Source: Kiritimatiellia bacterium (GTDB lineage Bacteria > Verrucomicrobiota > Kiritimatiellia > CAIKKV01 > CAITUY01). From it: 42,338 nt of DNA. This document shows positions 10,179 through 19,951 of the stretch, one piece after another (positions within the stretch are counted from its first letter, which is position 1; each line of letters starts with the position of its first letter). The stretch is taken from positions 1 to 42,338 of the forward strand of contig JBIJCW010000002.1 in the NCBI GenBank assembly GCA_044344495.1. Direction: 5' to 3'. The notes below the pieces were generated by a model. That model did no database searches. It was not told the DNA's origin and was given only the letters and a program-made list of their open reading frames with translations. A program made the position numbers and the translations under genes.

Positions 10179-10208
10179 AACTGCATTTCCCTCACCGCCT
10201 GAACACCG

Positions 10209-11558
10209 TCAGCGCCGCCCGCGCAAACGCCCCTTCTTCAGAAATCCATCGTAATGTCGCATTAACAGGTGCGACTCGATCTGCCGCATCGTGTCCAGCA
10301 TCACGCCTACAATAATCAGCAGGCTGGTCCCGCCAAAAAATGACGCCACAAGCCATGGCACGCTGAATTGCCGACTCATTACCGTTGGAATCACGGCGAT
10401 CACGGTCAGAAAAACAGCACCAGCCAGCGTAATCCGAGTCATGGTCGAATCCAGAAACTCTGCGGTAGGACTGCCGGGCCGAATCCCCGGAACGTACCCA
10501 CCATACTTTTTCAAGTCATCTGCAATTTGCACGGGGTTGAACTGCGTGGCAACCCAGAAGTAGGAGAAGAACAGGATCATGATGCCGTAAAGAATCAGAT
10601 AAAGGCCGGTGTCCATCGTCAATGCATCGGCTAGCCGCTGCGCAAAATCAAAATGGATCTCCCTTAAGATAATCGCGGGGAACATCAGAATCGATTGCGC
10701 AAAAATAATCGGCATAACGCCTGAATAGTTAACCCGCAACGGCATATAGGTGCTTTGGCCGCCATATACTTTCCGTCCGACAACCCGCTTGGCATACTGG
10801 ATCGGAATCTTCCGCTGACCCTGCGTCAACGCTATGGTCCCCGCAACCACAAGGAACAGCATGACAAGCAATCCAACCAGATAAAAAGGCGAAAATTGCC
10901 GCGAACCATCCTCGGCAGCCCGGAACATGTGCGACATCGCAAGTGCAGCAGCCGGTAAGCGGCTCACAATACCCTCGGTGATAATCAACGAAATACCGTT
11001 ACCGATGCCCCGCTGCGTAATCTGCTCACCAAGCCACATGATTAGCATCGTGCCCGTTGTCGTGGTAAGAATGGTCATCAAACGGAAACCCCATCCGGGA
11101 TTCATGACGATCTGCCGCGTGATCCCCAATACCTCCGGATTTTCCAGTGTGCGCGCCAAGGCATACCCCTGAATGAGACACAGAAATACAGTCAAAAGTC
11201 TTCCGTACTGCGTGATCTTCTGGCGCCCGGAATCCCCCTCACGGGCCAGACGACCAAGGGCAGGAACAATCGCCGTCAACAACTGCAGGATGATGGACGC
11301 ACTTATGTAGGGCATGATGCCTAGGGCACCCACCGCGCAATTGCTCATCGCGCCGCCACTGAACATATCGATCAACCCAAGGAACCCGCCCCCCACGCGA
11401 CTCTGGATATCATGAATCACCTCCTGCAAAGCCACGGCATCCACACCAGGGGTCGGGACATTTGCCACAAGGCGACAAATGAAAATAAGTCCCAACGTGA
11501 AGAGGATTCGCGCCCGCAATTCCGGGATTCTAAAACTATTCGTGAATGCCGATAGCAT
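10209..11558 (-). CDS. secY: preprotein translocase subunit SecY
   Basis: 449-aa polytopic membrane protein. Motifs GIMPYISASIILQLL and GTSLLIIVGV are present. Confidence 0.97.
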   Translation of the reverse strand: MLSAFTNSFRIPELRARILFTLGLIFICRLVANVPTPGVDAVALQEVIHDIQSRVGGGFLGLIDMFSGGAMSNCAVGALGIMPYISASIILQLLTAIVPALGRLAREGDSGRQKITQYGRLLTVFLCLIQGYALARTLENPEVLGITRQIVMNPGWGFRLMTILTTTTGTMLIMWLGEQITQRGIGNGISLIITEGIVSRLPAAALAMSHMFRAAEDGSRQFSPFYLVGLLVMLFLVVAGTIALTQGQRKIPIQYAKRVVGRKVYGGQSTYMPLRVNYSGVMPIIFAQSILMFPAIILREIHFDFAQRLADALTMDTGLYLILYGIMILFFSYFWVATQFNPVQIADDLKKYGGYVPGIRPGSPTAEFLDSTMTRITLAGAVFLTVIAVIPTVMSRQFSVPWLVASFFGGTSLLIIVGVMLDTMRQIESHLLMRHYDGFLKKGRLRGRR

Positions 11559-11571
11559 GGTAAATGGATTC

Positions 11572-12021
11572 CTAAGCCTTGGTGATCACTTCGCAACTCC
11601 CACCAGCGGCCTCGATCTTGGCCTTCGCCTCCGCACTGAACGCATTGGCTTTCACGATTAGCTTCTTGCTTAACTTGCCGCCACCCAGGACCTTGATTCC
11701 ATCAAAACTGCCTTTTGCCAAACCCCGGGCCTTCAGCACCTCCGGCGTGACCTCGGCTCCATTCTCAAAGACATCCAGCTGAGCCACGTTGACCGGAAGA
11801 TACTCCCTGCGACTGATGTTCGTGAACCCCCGCTTTGGAATTCGGCGAATCAGACGCATCTGCCCGCCCTCGAACCCCAACTTATGCTTATGTCCCGAAC
11901 GCGCGTATTGGCCCTTATGCCCTCGCCCGGAAGTCTTGCCCAAACCGGAAGCCATGCCACGTCCAAGACGCTTCTTCGTCTTCCGGGCTCCCGGTGTATT
12001 CTTCAATGAATGCAGATTCAT
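11572..12021 (-). CDS. rplO: 50S ribosomal protein L15
   Basis: Contains [19 protein letters not shown]. It sits in the canonical position before secY. Confidence 0.95.
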   Translation of the reverse strand: MNLHSLKNTPGARKTKKRLGRGMASGLGKTSGRGHKGQYARSGHKHKLGFEGGQMRLIRRIPKRGFTNISRREYLPVNVAQLDVFENGAEVTPEVLKARGLAKGSFDGIKVLGGGKLSKKLIVKANAFSAEAKAKIEAAGGSCEVITKA

Positions 12022-12057
12022 GTTTCCCTACCCATTTCCTAACCCAGTAATTCCCGT

Positions 12058-12573
12058 TTAACCACGGGCGGCCACAATGGCCTCATGCGACCGCAACTGC
12101 TCCAGAGCATCCACAGTGGCTTTCACCACGTTTACCTTATTGCCACTACCAAGGGACTTCCCAAGAATGTCATGCACGCCTGCCAATTCCAGAACCGCGC
12201 GCATACCGCCCCCGGCAATAACCCCGGTACCAGCCGATGCCGGCTTCAGAAGCACATAGCCCCCGTCGCACTGCCCCGTCACCTGATGCGGAATGGTCCG
12301 GTCCTTCAACGTTACCTGGAACATATTCCTCCGCGCAATGTCGCCACCCTTTCGAATGGCATCGGCCACTTCATTGGCTTTGCCAAATCCATACCCGACC
12401 ATGCCTTGACGATTGCCAACCACCACAATCGCGCTGAAACTGAAACGGCGGCCACCCTTGACCACCTTCGCGCAACGATTGACAAACACCACGCGTTCCT
12501 CAACATCCGAAGACGACGCCGACCCGCTTTCACCCATCGATCGTACTTTTGTCACTGCAGTCTGCCCTTTCAT
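12058..12573 (-). CDS. rpsE: 30S ribosomal protein S5
   Basis: Contains [24 protein letters not shown] and [13 protein letters not shown]. Confidence 0.95.
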   Translation of the reverse strand: MKGQTAVTKVRSMGESGSASSSDVEERVVFVNRCAKVVKGGRRFSFSAIVVVGNRQGMVGYGFGKANEVADAIRKGGDIARRNMFQVTLKDRTIPHQVTGQCDGGYVLLKPASAGTGVIAGGGMRAVLELAGVHDILGKSLGSGNKVNVVKATVDALEQLRSHEAIVAARG

Positions 12574-12585
12574 AGCTTGGCCGGC

Positions 12586-12939
12586 CTAAAACTTAAACCC
12601 GGCTTCACGCACCGCGTCCGCAATCGCCTTGACACGCCCGTGATACTTGAACCCACCCCGGTCAAACACGATTTCCTGAATGCCTATCTGCTTGGCTAAT
12701 TCCGCCACCCTCTGACCAACCACTTTTGCACCTTCAAGGTTCTTGTGTCCTGATCCATCTTTCCCGGATGAAGAGACCGCCGCCAGCGTCTTCGACGCCT
12801 CGTCGTCAACAAGCTGCACATAAATGTGCTTATTCGAAATCATGACACTCAATCGCGGTCGCGTCGCTGTGCCACTGATGCTCTTGCGGACCCGCGCATG
12901 CCGTCGCTGCCGCCCGATCTTCCTGTCAACTGTCTTCAT
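12586..12939 (-). CDS. rplR: 50S ribosomal protein L18
   Basis: Contains [20 protein letters not shown] and [14 protein letters not shown]. Confidence 0.95.
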   Translation of the reverse strand: MKTVDRKIGRQRRHARVRKSISGTATRPRLSVMISNKHIYVQLVDDEASKTLAAVSSSGKDGSGHKNLEGAKVVGQRVAELAKQIGIQEIVFDRGGFKYHGRVKAIADAVREAGFKF

Positions 12940-12942
12940 AGG

Positions 12943-13476
12943 TTAGGCCACCGTCTTCCCGGCCTTGCGCCGTACATGTTCACCCTTATACCGGATCCCC
13001 TTACCCTTGTAAGGTTCCGGCGGATAGAAGGAGCGCATCCGCGCTGCCACATCACCAACCTGCTGCTTATCGGCCCCGCTGACGCTAATGATGCTTTCCT
13101 TGACCGCCAGGTTAATCCCCTTCGGTGCCAGAAATTCCACCGGATTGGAGTAACCAATCGTCATCGTGATCTTGCTACCCTGCACCGCCGCACGGAACCC
13201 GACCCCTTGCAGTTCAAGATCAATCGAATACCCCTTCGACACGCCTTCCACCATGTTGGCGATAAGGCTGCGCCCTAGTCCATGCCGACTACGCCCCGCT
13301 GCTGTATCCTCGTCAGCCACGACCAGCACAGCACCATCCTTTACTGACGCCTGGATCAACTCTGGCAGCGCCATCGTCAACTCGCCCTTGGGCCCCTTGA
13401 CCGACACACGCCGCCCGTCCACCTGAACGGTCACGCCTGCCGGGATAGCCACCGGTTTCTTGCCGATTCTTGACAT
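12943..13476 (-). CDS. rplF: 50S ribosomal protein L6
   Basis: Starts MSRIGKKPVAIPAGVTV and contains EPYKGKGIRY. Confidence 0.95.
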   Translation of the reverse strand: MSRIGKKPVAIPAGVTVQVDGRRVSVKGPKGELTMALPELIQASVKDGAVLVVADEDTAAGRSRHGLGRSLIANMVEGVSKGYSIDLELQGVGFRAAVQGSKITMTIGYSNPVEFLAPKGINLAVKESIISVSGADKQQVGDVAARMRSFYPPEPYKGKGIRYKGEHVRRKAGKTVA

Positions 13477-13557
13477 TCTCGTCCCCTGTTTAACACCTGT
13501 TTCAGATCAAGGCCTTCAAGGCTTCAATCCTGCTCTATCCAAGTGGAAGGCGTTCAC

Positions 13558-13956
13558 CTACCAGATCTGACAGAGCAACTCTCCTCCCACACGCTTCTGG
13601 CGCGCCTCCGTATCCGTCATAACTCCGGATGGCGTACTCAAGATCGCCACTCCCATTCCACCCAGCACCCGGGGAATCTTATCAAACCCCACATACCGGC
13701 GTAACCCGGGCCGACTGATTCTCCGCAGCCCCCTGATGACGGGCTTCCGATCAGACCCATATTTCAGGGAAATCTGCAGGGTCTTCCGGATCCCTTCGCC
13801 TTCGACAGCGACATCCCGGACGTAACCCTCCCGCTTCAGAATCACGGCAATTTCATTCTTAAGTATCGAATGATCAACCTCGGCCGTCTTCAAACCTGCC
13901 GATGACGCATTCCGAATACGGTTCAACATGTCACTAATTGGATCCGACAAACTCAT
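13558..13956 (-). CDS. rpsH: 30S ribosomal protein S8
   Basis: Contains DPISDMLNRIRNA and ends GGELLCQIW. Confidence 0.95.
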   Translation of the reverse strand: MSLSDPISDMLNRIRNASSAGLKTAEVDHSILKNEIAVILKREGYVRDVAVEGEGIRKTLQISLKYGSDRKPVIRGLRRISRPGLRRYVGFDKIPRVLGGMGVAILSTPSGVMTDTEARQKRVGGELLCQIW

Positions 13957-13968
13957 AGTCTCTCCATT

Positions 13969-14154
13969 TCACCAGCTCGCCTTAATCACTCCGGGGATCA
14001 TGCCATTCGAGGCCAATTCCCGGAAACATATGCGGCATACCTGGAACTTGCGCATGTAAGCATGTCTTCGTCCACAGCGCTTGCAGCGGTTATAGCGACG
14101 CGCACTAAACTTCGGTGTGCGACTCGCCTTGACTTCCTGTGATATCTTGGCCAA
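13969..14154 (-). CDS. rpsZ: 30S ribosomal protein S14 type Z (Zn-ribbon form), 61 aa
   Basis: Contains [24 protein letters not shown] prefer the TTG start at 14152-14154, preceded by AGGAGG with an 8-nt spacing; this gives (M)AKISQEV. The track's 75-aa version would overlap the 3' end of rplE. Confidence 0.88.
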   Translation of the reverse strand: MAKISQEVKASRTPKFSARRYNRCKRCGRRHAYMRKFQVCRICFRELASNGMIPGVIKASW

Positions 14155-14176
14155 ACCTGATTCCTCCTGACGTGAA

Positions 14177-14722
14177 CTACTTCTGCGACTTCGCAAACGG
14201 AATACCCAGCAGCGTGAGCAACTCGCGCGCGCGCTTATCCGTCGCCGCCGACGTGACCAGTGTCACGTTCATGCCTTGCACTTTCTTACACTTATCCGGA
14301 TCAATTTCGGGGAAAATCGTCTGCTCCTGCAACCCAAACGTGTAACTTCCTCGCCCATCAAACCCTTTCGGGCTCAACCCGCGAAAATCACGAATTCTCG
14401 GTAGCGTCGCATGAATGAGCCTCTCTAGAAACTCATACATCATCGCCCCCCGGAGCGTCACCTTGGCCCCCACCGGCATTCCTTGCCGAAGCTTGAAATT
14501 CGAAATGCTTTTCTTAGCCTTGGTGATCACCGGCCGCTGCCCAGTAATAGTCGCCAAGTCTTCCGAAACAGCCTTAATCGCATCCTTCTCCACAGAGGCG
14601 TTAAACCCCATGTTCACCGCCACCTTGAGTAACCGGGGAACATCCATCACGTTCTTACATCCCAGCGACTTCATCAGCGCCGGCACAATCTCACTCTTGT
14701 ACTTTGCCTTAAGTCCAGTCAT
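14177..14722 (-). CDS. rplE: 50S ribosomal protein L5
   Basis: Contains [11 protein letters not shown] and [24 protein letters not shown]. Confidence 0.95.
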   Translation of the reverse strand: MTGLKAKYKSEIVPALMKSLGCKNVMDVPRLLKVAVNMGFNASVEKDAIKAVSEDLATITGQRPVITKAKKSISNFKLRQGMPVGAKVTLRGAMMYEFLERLIHATLPRIRDFRGLSPKGFDGRGSYTFGLQEQTIFPEIDPDKCKKVQGMNVTLVTSAATDKRARELLTLLGIPFAKSQK

Positions 14723-14730
14723 AGACCACC

Positions 14731-15042
14731 TTATGCGTCAAACGCCTGACCGCACCGCTTACATTTACGAACACGCTTCCCACCCTCGACCGCACGCTGG
14801 GCACGCACCGCCTTCTTGCACTGCGTACAGAACAACATGAGATTCGCCACCGCAATCGATGCCTCTTTGCGCACAATCCCACCCTGCGGATTGTCCTGCG
14901 TCTTGCGCACGTGCTTCGTCGCCAGGTTGACACCCTCCACAACCGCCCGGCCAGTCTTGGCGATCACCTGCAGGACTTTCCCCTGCTTGCCGCGATCGCG
15001 CCCCCGTTGTACCATTACAATGTCATTACGTCGGATATTCAT
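14731..15042 (-). CDS. rplX: 50S ribosomal protein L24 (with C-terminal CxxC...CxxC)
   Basis: Has the KOW motif NDIVMVQRGRDRGKQGKV. ATG at 15040-15042, preceded by GAGGTG, gives MNIRRND. The track's GTG at 15048 is an alternative start. Confidence 0.93.
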   Translation of the reverse strand: MNIRRNDIVMVQRGRDRGKQGKVLQVIAKTGRAVVEGVNLATKHVRKTQDNPQGGIVRKEASIAVANLMLFCTQCKKAVRAQRAVEGGKRVRKCKRCGQAFDA

Positions 15043-15044
15043 GA

Positions 15045-15410
15045 TCACAGCACCTCAGGCGCCAGCGAAATGATTTTCATGTAATTCTTTTCCCGGAGCT
15101 CGCGCGCCACCGGCCCAAAAATACGTGTCCCCAGCGGATTAAGCTTCTCATCCACCAGCACCACGGCGTTATTGTCAAACCTCACAGTGGAGCCATCCGG
15201 ACGCCGGATCGGCTGCGATGTCCTGACGATGATCGCCCGGCACACCTGCCCTTTCTTGACCATGCCCGCCGGCTGCGCCTCTTTGACGGCAACGCGTATC
15301 ACGTCGCCAATATGTGCATAACGCTTCCGCTGCCCAATCAACCGGAAACAACGCGCTTTGCGTGCGCCCGTGTTGTCCGCTACATCAAGATTTGTTTCTT
15401 CCTGAATCAT
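15045..15410 (-). CDS. rplN: 50S ribosomal protein L14
   Basis: Starts [18 protein letters not shown] and ends SLAPEVL. Confidence 0.96.
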   Translation of the reverse strand: MIQEETNLDVADNTGARKARCFRLIGQRKRYAHIGDVIRVAVKEAQPAGMVKKGQVCRAIIVRTSQPIRRPDGSTVRFDNNAVVLVDEKLNPLGTRIFGPVARELREKNYMKIISLAPEVL

Positions 15411-15425
15411 GGTCTTTCTTCCATG

Positions 15426-15701
15426 TTATTGGCCACGAGCCGACTCCAAAATCTTGATCAGGCGCCACCGCTTCAGCTTGCTGAGCGGCCGCGTCTCCGT
15501 GATCTCGACCCTGTCGCCAACCTTGGCCTCGTTTTTTTCGTCATGTGCATGGAACTTCTTGTACTGCTTCATCTCCTTGCCATACAAGGGATGCCGCTTC
15601 TTCAGCTCCACGCGAACCACAATCGTCTTCTGCATCGCGGCGCTGACCACAACGCCCGTACGCTCTTTGCGAAGCCCGCGCTTATTTTCAGTGTCTGCCA
15701 T
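15426..15701 (-). CDS. rpsQ: 30S ribosomal protein S17
   Basis: Contains [18 protein letters not shown] and [30 protein letters not shown] 15699-15701 is preferred over the track's TTG at 15710. Confidence 0.93.
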   Translation of the reverse strand: MADTENKRGLRKERTGVVVSAAMQKTIVVRVELKKRHPLYGKEMKQYKKFHAHDEKNEAKVGDRVEITETRPLSKLKRWRLIKILESARGQ

Positions 15702-15706
15702 AATGA

Positions 15707-15904
15707 TCAACCCCGCTGACTTTTTCGCTCGCTGGCAACTGTCTTGGCCCTGGCGATATCCCGCCTCAAACTGCGGATCCGGGACGGCTGCTCGACCTGA
15801 CTCGCCGACTTACGAATATTCAGAGCCCGCAACTCCCGCTGCATGTCCGAACATTGCTGATCCACTTCAACTCCACTCAATTCTCTCAATTTAGCGGCCT
15901 TCAT
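15707..15904 (-). CDS. rpmC: 50S ribosomal protein L29
   Basis: 65-aa helical protein in the canonical position between rplP and rpsQ. Contains [24 protein letters not shown]. Confidence 0.9.
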   Translation of the reverse strand: MKAAKLRELSGVEVDQQCSDMQRELRALNIRKSASQVEQPSRIRSLRRDIARAKTVASERKSQRG

Positions 15905-15935
15905 GGCTCACCGCATCCTTCGTTTTTAAGGCCCC

Positions 15936-16349
15936 TTACCGGTGCCGCTTCACAAACATCGTCCGGATCGGCAACTTCGCCGCTGCAAGCCGTAGCGCTT
16001 CCCGCGCCATCACCTCCGGAACACCGTCAATTTCAAAAAGCATGGTTCCAGGCAACACCACCGCCACCCAGAATTCAGGCGCTCCCTTACCTTTTCCTTG
16101 CCGAGTTTCAAGCGGCTTCTTGCTCACCGGCTTGTCGGGGAAAATCCTCATCCACACCTTGCCGCGTCGCTTCATGTGCCGGTTCATCGCCACACGGCAC
16201 GCCTCGATCTGCGTCGCTTTCACCCAGGCCCGATTCAAAGCCTTCAACCCATACTCACCAAACGCCAGCGTATTCCCCGTTTGGGCATCACCGCGACGGG
16301 ATCCACGCTGCACCATCCGGTGCTTCACACGCTTAGGCATAAGCGGCAT
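15936..16349 (-). CDS. rplP: 50S ribosomal protein L16
   Basis: Starts [11 protein letters not shown] and contains [22 protein letters not shown]. An alternative ATG lies at 16340. The gene overlaps the end of rpsC. Confidence 0.95.
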   Translation of the reverse strand: MPLMPKRVKHRMVQRGSRRGDAQTGNTLAFGEYGLKALNRAWVKATQIEACRVAMNRHMKRRGKVWMRIFPDKPVSKKPLETRQGKGKGAPEFWVAVVLPGTMLFEIDGVPEVMAREALRLAAAKLPIRTMFVKRHR

Positions 16350-17001
16350 TCGATCGTCCCCTTACTGCCTTTTCCGGCTCTTCCTTGTCCTTGCAAATCC
16401 ACACCTTGACGCCGATTTTCCCGGCCGTCGTATGCGCTTCGGCAAAACCATACTCAATGTTCGCACGAAGCGTATGCAGGGGTATCGTCCCCTCCTTATA
16501 CCACTCTGTACGAGCCAACTCAGAACCACCAAGTCGTCCTGCCACCTTGATGCGAACCCCCTTGACACCAAGTTCCATAGCCATCTTAATCGCGCGCTTC
16601 ATGGCGCGACGGAACGAAACTCGCCGCTCCATCTGCACAGCCACACCCTCGGCGACCAACTGTGCGTTCGTATCAGGGCTGCGTATCTCCCGGATCTCAA
16701 GGTAGACATCCTTCCCGCTCATTTTCGTGATCTCTTCACGAATGCGGTCAAGATCCTGACCTTTCCTTCCGATCACCACACCAGGCCGGGCTGTGCATAT
16801 CGTCACGCGTACTCGGTTCGCGTAGCGTTCAATGATAATGTCCGCTACTGCCGCTGCCTCCAGCCGTTTCTTTACCAGATCGCGAATCTTGAGATCTTCG
16901 ATCAGCATTGTCCCGAAGATCTTCTTGTCAGCAAACCACCGCGATTTCCACGCCTTGCTGACCGCGATCCGCAGTCCAATAGGATTGGTTTTCTGTCCCA
17001 A
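16333..17001 (-). CDS. rpsC: 30S ribosomal protein S3
   Basis: The canonical start (M)[10 protein letters not shown] comes from TTG at 16999-17001, which is preceded by AAAGGAG with a 7-nt spacing. The track start at 17019 is an upstream TTG. KH domains are present. Confidence 0.93.
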   Translation of the reverse strand: MGQKTNPIGLRIAVSKAWKSRWFADKKIFGTMLIEDLKIRDLVKKRLEAAAVADIIIERYANRVRVTICTARPGVVIGRKGQDLDRIREEITKMSGKDVYLEIREIRSPDTNAQLVAEGVAVQMERRVSFRRAMKRAIKMAMELGVKGVRIKVAGRLGGSELARTEWYKEGTIPLHTLRANIEYGFAEAHTTAGKIGVKVWICKDKEEPEKAVRGRSNAAYA

Positions 17002-17038
17002 AACGTCGCTCCTTTCCAATCGTCCGGCTTAGGGCCGG

Positions 17039-17374
17039 CTACTTTTCGTCCGTCAACACTATTGTAATATGGCTGGTCCGTTTCCGGATCCGGCTCACCA
17101 TTCCCCGCGAACGCGCCCAAAAACGCTTCATCGCCGGCCCCTCCCCAATGGTCGCTCGCTTGACCGTCAGGTCGTCTGCCGAAAGTTTTGCGTTGTTTTC
17201 CGCATTGGCCACAGCCGAACGTATCGTCTTCTCCAACTGTTCAGCCGCCTTCCGCTCGCTAAATTGCGCTATTTTCAGTGCCTGCGCAACAGGCAATCCC
17301 TGAATCGCCCGCGCCATGTCCCGCGCTTTCCGCGGCGACATCCGCACATACTTCGTTACTGCTTTAACTTCCAT
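17039..17374 (-). CDS. rplV: 50S ribosomal protein L22
   Basis: Contains VRMSPRKARDMARAIQG and SRIRKRTSHITIVL. Its AGGAG Shine-Dalgarno overlaps the stop codon of the upstream inserted ORF. Confidence 0.95.
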   Translation of the reverse strand: MEVKAVTKYVRMSPRKARDMARAIQGLPVAQALKIAQFSERKAAEQLEKTIRSAVANAENNAKLSADDLTVKRATIGEGPAMKRFWARSRGMVSRIRKRTSHITIVLTDEK

Positions 17375-17385
17375 TGCCTTCGCTC

Positions 17386-17907
17386 CTACTCCTTGGAGCC
17401 GGTCGCCAGTACCACCCGGTCTCTTGCCCCGGGGAACTCCCGGCCCGTCCGCTCAATCACCACTCCGGCGATCATCGGACGAACATCGACTATCCTGAGT
17501 CTGGCCACCGCTTTCCCCCCGCGCATCGCCGCCAGTTGCATCCCCGGACGCAATCCCTGCCGCCGCCCCGCGTTTACCACAGCCATCCCCAGTTCCTCGT
17601 TCACTTCAAGAACACTACATTCTAACTGCGGCATGGCGCCCCGCTCCGACACCTCCGCCGCCATTCCCCACGCCACCTCAAATTCATTCTTGTCAAGCCT
17701 CGCCTTCAGTGCGTCTACTTCCGCTTTCGCCACCGCCAGCGACTCTGACAACCATTCCACCTGCCTCCTGAGCCTCTCAACTTCAATCGTTGGCGACTCA
17801 GCAGCGGCATCCCGCTCCATAACCACCCAACTCACCACAACCGCCAACACCCACCCCTTGCATCCTCCGCCAAGACGAACGGACCCGGCCATGTTGCGGG
17901 TGCTCAT
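17386..17907 (-). CDS. hypothetical protein inserted in the S10 operon (173 aa; hydrophobic N-terminus, heptad coiled coil, beta-rich C-terminal domain)
   Basis: The open frame runs from ATG 17905-17907 (5 nt after the rpsS TAA; second ATG at 17892) to TAG 17386-17388 (11 nt before the rplV ATG). It has a hydrophobic stretch GWVLAVVVSWVVM. Residues L46, V50, L53, L57, A60, V64, L67 and L71 are spaced 4,3,4,3,4,3,4. G/C-ending codon use resembles neighbouring genes. I recognise no family. Confidence 0.6.
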   Translation of the reverse strand: MSTRNMAGSVRLGGGCKGWVLAVVVSWVVMERDAAAESPTIEVERLRRQVEWLSESLAVAKAEVDALKARLDKNEFEVAWGMAAEVSERGAMPQLECSVLEVNEELGMAVVNAGRRQGLRPGMQLAAMRGGKAVARLRIVDVRPMIAGVVIERTGREFPGARDRVVLATGSKE

Positions 17908-17912
17908 GTGGC

Positions 17913-18197
17913 TTACTTCAATGCCACCGTCTTGTCCGTATGCACACCGTGTTTGCGGAAGATCCGGGTGGGCGCAAATTCGCCCAATCGGTGCCCGACC
18001 ATATGCTCCGAAATATACACCGGTATGTGCTGCTTCCCGTTGTGAACCGCCACGGTATGCCCGATAAATTCGGGGACAATCATGGAACGGCGTGACCAGG
18101 TCTTGATAACCCGCTTTTCGCCGGAACGATTCATCTTCTCGACTCGCTGCAATAGCTTGTCTTCGACGTACGGCCCTTTTTTGAGTGAACGTCCCAT
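17913..18197 (-). CDS. rpsS: 30S ribosomal protein S19
   Basis: Starts [11 protein letters not shown] and contains [27 protein letters not shown]. Confidence 0.96.
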   Translation of the reverse strand: MGRSLKKGPYVEDKLLQRVEKMNRSGEKRVIKTWSRRSMIVPEFIGHTVAVHNGKQHIPVYISEHMVGHRLGEFAPTRIFRKHGVHTDKTVALK

Positions 18198-18200
18198 GGC

Positions 18201-19025
18201 TTATTTTCTCCGACTGACAATAAATTTGCTCGACGACTTCCGACCGTGACGGGTCTTCTTGCCCTTGGTCAACTGACCCCAAGGCGTTACCGGATGCCCA
18301 CCACCCGAGGTTCGGCCTTCGCCACCCCCCATTGGATGATCCACAGGGTTCATCGCCACACCACGAACTGTGGGACGAATCCCAAGCCAGCGTTTACGAC
18401 CGGCCTTCCCCAGACTGACACTGTCATGATCAACGTTGCCCACTTGCCCTACCGTGGCCATGCAGTTGATGTTGATCAACCTGATCTCACCGGACGGCAG
18501 TTTGACATTGGCAAACTCACCCTCGCGCGACATCAACTGAGCTGACTGACCGGCACTGCGTACTAATTGCGCCCCGCCACCGGCCTTCAATTCAATATTA
18601 TGAACGGCCAAACCGAGCGGAATTTTACTAAGAGGCAAGGCATTGCCGACAATCGGCTCAGCTTCCGGGCCTGACATCACCATGGCACCAACCAAAAGAC
18701 CCACCGGCGCCAAAATGTATCGCTTTTCTCCATCCTTGTAGTTCAAAAGAGCAATGCGTGCCGAGCGGTTTGGATCATACTCGATCGCGGCCACCTTCGC
18801 TGGAATCCCATGCTTGTTCCTCTTGAAATCAATCAGACGGAACTTGCGACGGTGCCCGCCGCCACGATGCCGGACTGTAATCCGCCCAGCCGCATTACGC
18901 CCCGCCTTCTTCGACTGCGCCACAGTCAGCGACCGCTCGGGCGTGTTCTTGGTAATATCGTCAAACGCCGACAACTGCGTAAAGCGCAGGCTCGGTGTCG
19001 TCGGTTTGAAAGTCTTCAAAGCCAT
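18201..19025 (-). CDS. rplB: 50S ribosomal protein L2
   Basis: Contains [16 protein letters not shown] and [19 protein letters not shown]. Confidence 0.97.
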   Translation of the reverse strand: MALKTFKPTTPSLRFTQLSAFDDITKNTPERSLTVAQSKKAGRNAAGRITVRHRGGGHRRKFRLIDFKRNKHGIPAKVAAIEYDPNRSARIALLNYKDGEKRYILAPVGLLVGAMVMSGPEAEPIVGNALPLSKIPLGLAVHNIELKAGGGAQLVRSAGQSAQLMSREGEFANVKLPSGEIRLININCMATVGQVGNVDHDSVSLGKAGRKRWLGIRPTVRGVAMNPVDHPMGGGEGRTSGGGHPVTPWGQLTKGKKTRHGRKSSSKFIVSRRK

Positions 19026-19034
19026 TCGTTACTC

Positions 19035-19316
19035 CTACTCGAGATCGATCTTATCGCCTTCCTTGAGAGTGACTATCGCCCGCTTCCAGTCAGGCTTCCT
19101 CCCGTAGTGAAGCGTGCGCACCCGGCGTTCCTTGCCAAGATAATTCATCGTGTGCACTTTCACCACCTTCACCTTGAAAAAATCCTCAACGGCCTTCTTG
19201 ATCTCAAGCTTGTTCGCGGTAGGGTCCACCTTGAACAAATACTTGTTCTGCGCAGCCAACTGCGTCCCCTTTTCCGTGATATTGAGCCCCTTGATCGCTG
19301 ACAATCCGTCTTTCAT
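19035..19316 (-). CDS. rplW: 50S ribosomal protein L23
   Basis: Contains FKVDPTANKLEIKKAVEDFFKVKV. It sits in the canonical position. Confidence 0.93.
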   Translation of the reverse strand: MKDGLSAIKGLNITEKGTQLAAQNKYLFKVDPTANKLEIKKAVEDFFKVKVVKVHTMNYLGKERRVRTLHYGRKPDWKRAIVTLKEGDKIDLE

Positions 19317-19951
19317 GCTTTCCTCCCCGTTTCACCCTCGAGACGCGTAAGCAATACATCCATCGCCGCCCGTGTCACGACCGTTGTCGGGTATCTCAAT
19401 AACTGAAAGGTGCTAACCGTCTGAGCCGTCGTCGCCTCCACCGACCGCAGGTTGCGAACCGCACAGATCAGATTCCGATCCAGCCGATCCACCAAAATCA
19501 GCGCGCTTTCCAGACCCATAGACTTCATCACACCTATGGCCACTTTCGTCTTAGGTTCAGCCACGGTCAGTTGATCGACCACACGAATCCGCCCCTCGCG
19601 AACCAAATCACTGATCACTCGACGAAAAGCCAAGCGTGCCACCTTCTGCGGCACCGTCTTCTCGTAAGATCGAGGATGCGGCCCATGGGCCACACCACCG
19701 CCACGCCACACCGGGGACTGCTTGTAACCAGCTCGCGCCTGGCCCGTTCCCTTCTGGCGCCACGGTTTCTTGCCGCTGCCGGCAACGGCACCCTTGCCAA
19801 GCGTCGATGCAGTTCCTGCGCGCTTCCCGGCCTGGTGCGCCACCACCACATCATGCACGGCCTGACTGCCCTTCTTTGTCAACAACTTCTCCGGGAACTC
19901 AATTTCCCCGAGAGCAACGCCCTTCATGTCATAGACGGACAACTTGCTCAT
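19313..19951 (-). CDS. rplD: 50S ribosomal protein L4
   Basis: [11 protein letters not shown] starts at ATG 19949-19951, which forms an ATGA overlap with the rplC stop. Contains KPWRQKGTGQARAG. The track's extra 25 N-terminal residues overlap rplC and are rejected. Confidence 0.93.
   Translation of the reverse strand: MSKLSVYDMKGVALGEIEFPEKLLTKKGSQAVHDVVVAHQAGKRAGTASTLGKGAVAGSGKKPWRQKGTGQARAGYKQSPVWRGGGVAHGPHPRSYEKTVPQKVARLAFRRVISDLVREGRIRVVDQLTVAEPKTKVAIGVMKSMGLESALILVDRLDRNLICAVRNLRSVEATTAQTVSTFQLLRYPTTVVTRAAMDVLLTRLEGETGRKA

Noticed and set aside
13477-13557. 81-nt rpsH-rplF spacer with a near-tandem TCAAGGCCT/TCAAGGCTT repeat.
   Set aside because: The two copies are direct repeats rather than inverted, so no hairpin forms. 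There is no promoter- or terminator-like signal. I judged it insignificant.
16042-18067. Long plus-strand ORFs (341 aa at 16042..17067 and 332 aa at 17069..18067) antisense to rplP, rpsC, rplV and rpsS.
   Set aside because: They are antisense shadows of highly conserved genes in GC-rich DNA. Their products are Pro/Arg/Ser-rich with no recognisable motifs. The same applies to 6672..7394, 23080..24018, 27876..28601, 28932..29924, 31134..32135, 32178..32975, 33092..33755, 39166..40026 and 40885..41565.
17908-18282. N-terminal 125 residues of the 298-aa track ORF (17386..18282, minus strand).
   Set aside because: This part runs out of frame through the whole of rpsS and the 3' end of rplB. Both are unambiguous ribosomal genes. 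Only the part downstream of the ATG at 17907, which lies after the rpsS stop, is kept as a candidate gene.
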